Source of the DNA: Parafilimonas sp.
GTDB lineage: Bacteria > Bacteroidota > Bacteroidia > Chitinophagales > Chitinophagaceae
Direction: 5' to 3'
Assembly: GCA_025927795.1 (NCBI GenBank)
Contig: JAICKT010000001.1
Coordinates: forward strand, 1 to 39,635
Length of the DNA stretch: 39,635 bases
The translations under genes were made by a program, and so were the position numbers. The stretch's first letter is position 1. Each line of letters starts with the position of its first letter. This document shows, piece by piece, positions 29,393 through 36,627 of the stretch. The notes under the pieces are model-generated. The model saw nothing but the letters and a program-made list of their open reading frames with translations, did not search any database and was not told the DNA's origin.

Positions 29393-29471
29393 CGTCATGT
29401 CGAGGAACGCGACATCTCATAAATTTTAAGTTGTTTATAATACGAGAGATTTCTCCTTCGTCGAAATGACG
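29393..29471 (+). repeat. 79-bp CGTC-ended palindromic (REP-like) element, copy 1
   Basis: CGTCATGTCGAGGAACGCGACATCTC-N27-GAGATTTCTCCTTCGTCGAAATGACG; inverted copy at 36042-36120. Confidence 0.9.
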
Positions 29472-29497
29472 ACTTAGACAGAAGAGTAATAAATAAA

Positions 29498-30601
29498 TTG
29501 AAATCATCAAACAGCATATTAATTAAAGGCTTAAAAGTTGGCGCCTATAGAATTCCAACAGCAACACCCGAAGCAGACGGCACGATTGAATGGAGCAGCA
29601 CAACACTCGTTTTGGTTGAAATAAATGCTGCTGACAAAACAGGCATTGGCTATACTTATGCAAACGAAGCATCTGCAATTGTGATTGATAAAGTTTTAAA
29701 AAAAATTGTTGTTGATGCAAATGCATTAGATATTTCTTCATTAAATGCAAAGATGATTTCAGCAATACGTAACGATGGACAAGTTGGAATTGCAATGATG
29801 GCTGTATCTGCTGTTGATAACGCGTTATGGGATTTAAAAGCAAAATTATTTGATGTGCCGCTTTGCAATTTATTGGGCAAAGCAAAAGAAAGCATGTTGA
29901 TTTATGGAAGTGGCGGCTTCACTTCATACAATAAAAAACAATTGCAACAACAATTAAGTGGTTGGGTTGATGAAGGAATACAATATGTAAAAATGAAAAT
30001 TGGAACGCACCCTGAAAAAGATGTTGAGCGTGTTAAAGAAGCAAGAGATGCAATTGGAAAAAATGCAAAATTATTTGTTGATGCAAATGGAGCTTACACC
30101 ATAAAGCAAGCAATTGAAAAATCTTTTCAATTTAAAGAGTATAATATCAGTTGGTTTGAAGAGCCGGTTACTTCAGATAATTTAGAAGGTTTACAATTTA
30201 TTCGCGAGCATGTACAACCTGAAGTAAATATTGCTGCAGGTGAATATGGATATAATCTTCCTTATTTCTATCACATGCTTAAGGCAAGTGCTGTTGATGT
30301 TTTGCAAGCTGATGCAACGCGTTGTGGCGGCATTACAAATTTTTTAAAAGCAGGAAGTTTGGCAGAAGCGCAGCAGATTGCTTTCTCTTCACATTGTGCG
30401 CCGGCTTTGCATTTGCATGCAGCCATCAGTGCAAATAATTTTTATATCGCCGAATATTTTTATGACCATGTGCGAATAGAAAATATGTTGTTTGATGGTG
30501 TAATGCAACCGGAAAATGGTGGCATTTATCCTGATGTTTCAAGAGCGGGCATGGGGATTGAATTTAAATATCAGGATGCGGAAAAATATAAAATAGCATA
30601 A
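29498..30601 (+). CDS. Mandelate racemase/muconate-lactonizing enzyme family (enolase superfamily)
   Basis: SAVDNALWDL, KMK, metal ligands in DANG/EEP/GEY, D--RCGG, SSH. Confidence 0.9.
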   Translation: MKSSNSILIKGLKVGAYRIPTATPEADGTIEWSSTTLVLVEINAADKTGIGYTYANEASAIVIDKVLKKIVVDANALDISSLNAKMISAIRNDGQVGIAMMAVSAVDNALWDLKAKLFDVPLCNLLGKAKESMLIYGSGGFTSYNKKQLQQQLSGWVDEGIQYVKMKIGTHPEKDVERVKEARDAIGKNAKLFVDANGAYTIKQAIEKSFQFKEYNISWFEEPVTSDNLEGLQFIREHVQPEVNIAAGEYGYNLPYFYHMLKASAVDVLQADATRCGGITNFLKAGSLAEAQQIAFSSHCAPALHLHAAISANNFYIAEYFYDHVRIENMLFDGVMQPENGGIYPDVSRAGMGIEFKYQDAEKYKIA

Positions 30602-30645
30602 GCTCTTTGACATGACAGGAACAAGGATTATCAGTAAATTTGTTT

Positions 30646-30861
30646 ATGGTTTTATCTGAATACATAACTATTGACAAAGAAACTGCCGGTGGAGTTCCTG
30701 TTTTTAAAGGTACAAGAGTCGCAATAAAAACATTGTTTGATTATCTTGAAGAAAGTTCACTTGACGAATTTTTAAATGGGTTCCCATCTGTATCAAGAGA
30801 GCAGGCAGAAGCGGTTATTGAATTAGCAGCTGCTAAACTTTTACCAGAATCTGCCGCATGA
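30646..30861 (+). CDS. DUF433 family antitoxin
   Basis: GGVPVFKGTRV---LFDYL...FL--FPSV; likely start ATG 30646, after -7 element TAAATTTG (30635-30642). Confidence 0.88.
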   Translation: MVLSEYITIDKETAGGVPVFKGTRVAIKTLFDYLEESSLDEFLNGFPSVSREQAEAVIELAAAKLLPESAA

Positions 30862-31184
30862 AAATTCTGCTTGATGAAAATATTGATGTTCGCTTCAAAA
30901 AACTTTTCAAAGATTCTCCACATGAAGTTTATACGGTTCGTGATATGCAATGGAACGGGATTAAAAATGGTGAGTTGCTTAAACTTTTAGAGAAAAATAA
31001 TTTCGATTGTTGGATTGTTGTTGACAAAAATATTCTGTATCAGCAAAATATTTCTAATCTTTCTTGCCTGATAATTGTTCTTGATGTTTTCAGAAATACA
31101 TTGGAACACATAAGTAAACTTTATCCCTCTGCTCTCATTGCTTTAGAAAATACTTCGGAAAAGATTATTGTTATTTCTGAATAA
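30858..31184 (+). CDS. DUF5615/PIN-like toxin (VapC45-like)
   Basis: MKILLDENI...H-V-TV...W-G--NGELL...DKN--YQQN; ATGA overlap with DUF433. Confidence 0.85.
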   Translation: MKILLDENIDVRFKKLFKDSPHEVYTVRDMQWNGIKNGELLKLLEKNNFDCWIVVDKNILYQQNISNLSCLIIVLDVFRNTLEHISKLYPSALIALENTSEKIIVISE

Positions 31185-31286
31185 CATTTTTGCCTTTAAA
31201 TATTAATTCAATCTGCTCTTGCACTTTAAAGCATAGTTATTGCATTTGTAATAACATTAACCTATTTAAAATAAATTCTTTTAACA

Positions 31287-34200
31287 ATGATAACCGATAC
31301 ATCATCAACAAAAAATAAAAAAATAAAAATTAACCCGCAGCATAATGGCAACCCAAATCATAAACACAACGACAAATTATCAACACAGTTAGATACACGT
31401 TTCCAAACAAAATATTCTGTCAATGTTGATGTAAAAAATCTCGAAAAAGAATTAAGAAAATCTATTGAAGGTGAAGTGCGTTTTGATGATGGCTCCCGTG
31501 CATTGTATTCAACGGATTCTTCTAATTATCGCCAAATACCAATTGGTGTTGTAATACCGAAATCAGAAGAAGATATTATTCAAACCATAAACCTGTGCCA
31601 AAAATATAAAGCGCCGTTGTTATCACGCGGCGGCGGAACAAGTCTTGCAGGTCAGTGTTGCAATGTTGCAGTGATGATGGACATGGCGAAATACTACAAT
31701 AAAATTTTAAAAATTGATAAAGAAAAAAAATTAGTTACCATTCAGCCTGGAATTGTATTAGATGAAATGCGCAATGCCACCAAAGAAAAAATGAACATGA
31801 CTTTTGGTCCAGACCCCGCAACGCACGACCATTGCACACTTGGCGGCATGCTCGGTAATAATTCCTGCGGCGTTCATTCTGTAATGGCAGCGTTTGAAGG
31901 GCTTGGCGCAAGAACATCCGACAATACAGAATCTATTACTATTGTTACATACGATGGTGTGAAAATGAAAGTGGGCGCAACGTCTGATGAGGAGCTTGAG
32001 CGAATTATTAATGAAGGCGGAAGACGTGGAGAGATTTATAAAAAGCTAAAAGATTTCAGAGATAAATATGCGGATTTAATTCGCGGAAAATTTCCAAACA
32101 TTCCGCGCCGTGTATCGGGCTATAATTTAACTGCGCTGCTGCCTGAAAATGGTTTTAATGTTGCGCATGCTTTAATCGGTTCCGAAAGCACACTCGTAAC
32201 CATCACCGAAGCCACGCTTAAATTACTCAACGAACCTAAAGCACGTTCATTATTGGTGTTGGGTTATGATAGTTTGCCCGATGCAGGTTATGCTGTACCA
32301 TTTGTGATGAAGCATAAGCCAATTGGTTTGGAAGGTATTGATGATATGCTGCTTGATTTTATGAAGCGCAAAGGTTTGAATGTGGATGATATTCCGTTAT
32401 TGCCTGATGGCAAAGCATGGTTAATGGTTGAGTTTGGCGGCAATTCAAAAGAAGATGCAGATGATCAGGCAAAAAAATTAATGGAAGATTATAAAAACGA
32501 AAAGAAGCAACCAACGATGAGTTTGTTTGATGACCCTGAACAGGAAAAAATGTTATGGGAAATTCGTGAATCAGGTTTAGGTGCAACTGCTTGGGTGCCC
32601 GGTGAGCCTAATGGTGGTCCTGGCTGGGAAGATTCTGCAGTACCTCCTGATAAAATGGGCGATTATTTAAAAGACCTCCGCGATTTATTTACAAAATATA
32701 AATTGTATCCGTCCATTTATGGGCACTTCGGACAAGGCTGTATTCACTGCCGTGTGGGTTTTGATTTTCTCACAGAAGACGGAATTAAAGCATATAAAAA
32801 TTTTACGATTGAAGCTTCACATCTTGTTGTAAAATATGGCGGCTCTTTATCGGGAGAACATGGCGATGGTCAGGCACGTGGCGATTTGTTAGAAATAATG
32901 TATGGAGAAGAATTAGTAAATGCATTCAGAGAATTTAAACTGATATGGGACCCGGAATGGAAAATGAATCCGGGAAAAATTATTGATACCTATGGACAAT
33001 TAAATGATTTACGTTTAGGTACTACTTACAATCCCCCCAATCTTAAAACACATTTTCAATTGCCTGCTGAGAAATACAGTTTTGCGCATGCAAGTAATTT
33101 ATGTGTTGGTGTTGGCGAATGCCGCCGCCATGAACATGGTACAATGTGCCCGAGCTATATGGCGACACGCGAAGAAAAACACAGCACACGTGGTCGCAGC
33201 CGCATGTTGTTTGAAATGATGCAGGGCGATATTATAAAGGACGGATGGAAAAGCAAAGAAGTAAAAGAATCGCTCGATTTATGTTTATCGTGCAAAGGTT
33301 GCAAAGCAGATTGCCCGGTGAATGTTGACATGGCAACATACAAATCAGAATTTTTATCGCATTATTATGAAGGCAAATTGAGACCAACTTCTGCGTATGC
33401 ATTTGGCTGGATTTATTGGTGGAGCAGGCTTGCATCAAAAGCGCCATTTATTGCCAACTTCTTTTTTCATACGCCTGTTATCAGCAATCTTGTAAAAGCA
33501 TTTGCAGGCATTGAGCAAAAAAGAAAAATGCCGAGATATGCTGATGTAACTTTTAAAGAGTGGTTTTTTCAACGGAAAAAAATCAGAAATCAACAAATCA
33601 GAAATCAGAAATCTAAAGTGATTTTATGGGCTGATACATTCAACAATTATTTTTTACCTCAAACATTGGTTGCTGGTGTTGAAGTGTTGGAAGCTGCAGG
33701 TTTTGAAGTTATCGTTCCAAAAAAATCTATGTGTTGCGGAAGACCGTTGTATGATTTTGGAATGCTGAATACGGCAAAAAAATTATTGCTTGATATAATG
33801 CATAATTTAAAAGATGAAATACGCGATGGCGTTCCGGTTGTTGGATTAGAACCAAGTTGTGTATCGGTTTTCAGAGATGAGCTGCATAATTTATTTCCGC
33901 ACAATGAGGAAGCAAAACGATTGCAGAAACAGGTTTTTACATTCGCAGAATTTTTAGAAAAGAAAGCGCCTGGTTTTAAAATTCCTCAATTAAAAACAAA
34001 AGCAGTTGTGCATGGTCATTGCCATCACAAAGCAATTATGAAAATTGATACAGATAAAAAGCTGCTTAAAAAAACAGGGCTTGATTTTGAAGTGTTGGAT
34101 TCAGGTTGTTGCGGACTTGCCGGTGGTTTTGGTTATGAAAAAGGCGAGCACTACGATGTAAGTATTAAAGCAGGTGAAAGAGTGTTGTTACCTGCAGTGC

Positions 34201-34478
34201 GCAAAGCTGCTGATACAACTTTAATTGTTGCAGATGGTTTTAGTTGTCGTGAACAAATTGAACAGGAAACTAATCGCAAAGCATTACACTTAGCACAAGT
34301 TTTACAAATGGGTTTGCGTGAGAATAATCCATCAGTTTATATGCCCTTGCCTGAAAAAAAATATGTTGATGGAATGAAGTTGAAAGACTCCAATAAAAAT
34401 AAAAAGTTGTTAATGGCTGCAGGAATTATTGGAATGGCTATTGCATCAGTTTATATCATCAGCAAAAAAATAAATTGA
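31287..34478 (+). CDS. FAD-linked oxidase fused to 4Fe-4S and CCG domains (GlcD/GlcF-like), with C-terminal TM tail
   Basis: RGGGTSLAGQ, GGMLGNNSCG, GSE-TL, SGEHGDG, CVGVGEC/CPSY, CLSCKGCKADCP, CCGRP, CCGLAG. Confidence 0.9.
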   Translation: MITDTSSTKNKKIKINPQHNGNPNHKHNDKLSTQLDTRFQTKYSVNVDVKNLEKELRKSIEGEVRFDDGSRALYSTDSSNYRQIPIGVVIPKSEEDIIQTINLCQKYKAPLLSRGGGTSLAGQCCNVAVMMDMAKYYNKILKIDKEKKLVTIQPGIVLDEMRNATKEKMNMTFGPDPATHDHCTLGGMLGNNSCGVHSVMAAFEGLGARTSDNTESITIVTYDGVKMKVGATSDEELERIINEGGRRGEIYKKLKDFRDKYADLIRGKFPNIPRRVSGYNLTALLPENGFNVAHALIGSESTLVTITEATLKLLNEPKARSLLVLGYDSLPDAGYAVPFVMKHKPIGLEGIDDMLLDFMKRKGLNVDDIPLLPDGKAWLMVEFGGNSKEDADDQAKKLMEDYKNEKKQPTMSLFDDPEQEKMLWEIRESGLGATAWVPGEPNGGPGWEDSAVPPDKMGDYLKDLRDLFTKYKLYPSIYGHFGQGCIHCRVGFDFLTEDGIKAYKNFTIEASHLVVKYGGSLSGEHGDGQARGDLLEIMYGEELVNAFREFKLIWDPEWKMNPGKIIDTYGQLNDLRLGTTYNPPNLKTHFQLPAEKYSFAHASNLCVGVGECRRHEHGTMCPSYMATREEKHSTRGRSRMLFEMMQGDIIKDGWKSKEVKESLDLCLSCKGCKADCPVNVDMATYKSEFLSHYYEGKLRPTSAYAFGWIYWWSRLASKAPFIANFFFHTPVISNLVKAFAGIEQKRKMPRYADVTFKEWFFQRKKIRNQQIRNQKSKVILWADTFNNYFLPQTLVAGVEVLEAAGFEVIVPKKSMCCGRPLYDFGMLNTAKKLLLDIMHNLKDEIRDGVPVVGLEPSCVSVFRDELHNLFPHNEEAKRLQKQVFTFAEFLEKKAPGFKIPQLKTKAVVHGHCHHKAIMKIDTDKKLLKKTGLDFEVLDSGCCGLAGGFGYEKGEHYDVSIKAGERVLLPAVRKAADTTLIVADGFSCREQIEQETNRKALHLAQVLQMGLRENNPSVYMPLPEKKYVDGMKLKDSNKNKKLLMAAGIIGMAIASVYIISKKIN
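33580..33615. repeat. In-frame AAATCAG tandem array (36 bp)
   Basis: aaatcag aaatcaac aaatcag aaatcag aaatcta, encoding KIRNQQIRNQKSK. Confidence 0.75.
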
Positions 34479-34479
34479 A

Positions 34480-34971
34480 ATGAAATGGAAATTGAAAAAA
34501 TATAAAAACGAACCAGCCTCATGGTTTGCGGAATTAGCTGGTGCACTTGGTAAAGGTTTAATGGCAGGTGCTGCAGGAACGTTAGCTATTACTTTATCGC
34601 AGATGATTGAAATGAAAATCACCAAACGTAAACCTTCTGATGCGCCTGCGGATGCGGCAGAAAAAGTTTTAGAAGTAAAACCGGAAACAGAAGATGACAA
34701 ACAACAATTTTCTCAACAAATACATTGGGCTTATGGAACAAGCTGGGGAGTGCCAAGAGCAATTTTATCATTGATGGGATTAAAAGGGTTACCTGCAACA
34801 GCCATTCATTTTGCAACAATATATTCTACGGCATTAATAATGCCCGCTAAATTAAAAGTTGCGCCGCCGCTTAAAGAATGGAGCGTAAAAAAATTTGTAA
34901 TTGATGCAATGCATCATGCGGTGTATGTAATTGCAGCAGGTTTGGTTTTTGATGCAATGAGTGATAATTAA
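34480..34971 (+). CDS. Uncharacterised membrane protein
   Basis: 163 aa, tightly coupled to both neighbours; hydrophobic helices with IHWAYG and MHHAVY. Confidence 0.75.
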   Translation: MKWKLKKYKNEPASWFAELAGALGKGLMAGAAGTLAITLSQMIEMKITKRKPSDAPADAAEKVLEVKPETEDDKQQFSQQIHWAYGTSWGVPRAILSLMGLKGLPATAIHFATIYSTALIMPAKLKVAPPLKEWSVKKFVIDAMHHAVYVIAAGLVFDAMSDN

Positions 34972-35996
34972 TGAATATTTATTCAGTTAAGATGGAAACA
35001 GATTTTCAAAATAAAACAGTTGTTATAACAGGCGCATCTGCAGGTTTAGGCAGAGCTATGGCACGTGAGTTTGCAAAGCATGGTGCAAACATTGGTTTAA
35101 TTGCAAGAGGCATTGATGGTTTAAATGCTGCAAAAAAGGAAGTGGAAGATTTGGGCAGTGAAGCATTGATTGTTCCGGCAGATGTATCACATGCAAACGA
35201 AGTAGAAAATGCAGCAAGAAAAATTGAAGAACATTTTGGTAAGATTGATATTTGGATAAACAATGCAATGGTAAGTGTGTTTGCACCGTTTGAAAAAATT
35301 GAAGCGAAAGATTTTGAGCGTGTAACAGATGTAACATATCTCGGACAAGTGTATGGAACAGCAGCAGCATTAAAAAGAATGAAGCCTCGCAATAAAGGAA
35401 CAATTATTCTTGTTGGTTCTGCATTGGCATACCGTGGCATTCCATTGCAATCTGCTTATTGCGGTGCAAAGCATGCAATTCATGGGTTCTTTGAATCGTT
35501 GCGAAGCGAGTTAATTCATGAAAAAAGCAAAATAAAATTATGCATGGTGCAATTGCCCGCTATGAACACAACGCAGTTTGAGTTTGTGAAAAGTTATCTT
35601 CCAAACAAACCTAAACCAATGGGAAAAATTTATGAACCGGAAGTTGCAGCAAGAGCAATAGTGGATGTTGCTAAAAATTTTGAACGCGAATTGTATGTAG
35701 GTTATCCAACAGTAAAAACAATTTTAGGAAATAAAGTTGCGCCTGGTTATTTAGATAAATATCTGGCAGAAACAGGATTTGATGGACAACAGACAGATGA
35801 ACCTGAATCACCGGATAGAAAAGATAATTTGTATGAACCTCTGCCTGGTGATCATGGAGCAAGGGGAAACTTTGATGCAGATGCAACGAACACGAGTGTT
35901 GAAACATGGATTGCAACACATAAAAAAAGTTCGCTTGGTTTAGCTGCTGCATTAATTGCCAGTGTATGTACGTTGATTTTTTTAAACAATAAATAA
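34971..35996 (+). CDS. Short-chain dehydrogenase/reductase with C-terminal TM tail
   Basis: TGASAGLG, NNA, S...YCGAK catalytic motif. Confidence 0.92.
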   Translation: MNIYSVKMETDFQNKTVVITGASAGLGRAMAREFAKHGANIGLIARGIDGLNAAKKEVEDLGSEALIVPADVSHANEVENAARKIEEHFGKIDIWINNAMVSVFAPFEKIEAKDFERVTDVTYLGQVYGTAAALKRMKPRNKGTIILVGSALAYRGIPLQSAYCGAKHAIHGFFESLRSELIHEKSKIKLCMVQLPAMNTTQFEFVKSYLPNKPKPMGKIYEPEVAARAIVDVAKNFERELYVGYPTVKTILGNKVAPGYLDKYLAETGFDGQQTDEPESPDRKDNLYEPLPGDHGARGNFDADATNTSVETWIATHKKSSLGLAAALIASVCTLIFLNNK

Positions 35997-36041
35997 CTTA
36001 TTATGTTATTAAGCTGTTTATATAAAAAAGCCTATTTGAGA

Positions 36042-36120
36042 CGTCATTTCGACGAAGGAGAAATCTCCTGCAAATTAAACAGCTTCTATTTCATGAGATG
36101 TCTCGTTCCTCGACATGACG
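36042..36120 (-). repeat. 79-bp CGTC-ended palindromic (REP-like) element, copy 2 (inverted)
   Basis: Reverse complement matches copy 1 at 51 of 52 arm positions. Confidence 0.9.
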
Positions 36121-36189
36121 TTCATAAAGTAAAATTTTTTTCAATCAGTTCTGATTTTCAAAATCAAAATCAAATAAGAAATACATAAA

Positions 36190-36621
36190 ATGAAATTCAA
36201 ATTACTCAATGCCGATAAACAAAAAACTTTCGCCGTTATTTTAGAAAGTGGTGATGAAGTAATGGAGTGCATTCAATCTTTTGCTAAACAACAAAATTTA
36301 AAAGCCTCACAGTTTAATGCTATTGGCGCATTTAGTAAGGCAACTTTAGGTTTTTTCGATTTTGAAATTAAAGACTATAAAAAAATTGAAATAGATGAAC
36401 AGGTTGAAGTATTAAATGTCGCCGGCGATATTTCTTTATACAATAACGAAATAAAAATTCATGCGCATGTAGTGCTTGGTAAAAAAGATGGTGCAGCATG
36501 TGGCGGTCATTTATTAAAAGCAATTGTTCATCCAACTTTAGAAATTATATTAATTGAATCTCCATCGTATTTAGAAAGATACATGGACAAAGATTCGCAT
36601 ATTCCGCTTATAAAAATTTAA
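36190..36621 (+). CDS. PPC/DUF296 domain protein
   Basis: L--GDEV, AIGA, HAHVVLG, GGHL, PTLE. Confidence 0.88.
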   Translation: MKFKLLNADKQKTFAVILESGDEVMECIQSFAKQQNLKASQFNAIGAFSKATLGFFDFEIKDYKKIEIDEQVEVLNVAGDISLYNNEIKIHAHVVLGKKDGAACGGHLLKAIVHPTLEIILIESPSYLERYMDKDSHIPLIKI

Positions 36622-36627
36622 TGTTAC

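Noticed and set aside
29393-36120. CRISPR array or composite transposon
   Set aside because: Only two distant inverted copies; no repeat-spacer periodicity, cas genes, transposase or evident target-site duplication
36003-36188. 61-aa ORF between SDR and PPC genes
   Set aside because: Largely made of the palindromic repeat copy 2 and low-complexity DNA; probably spurious
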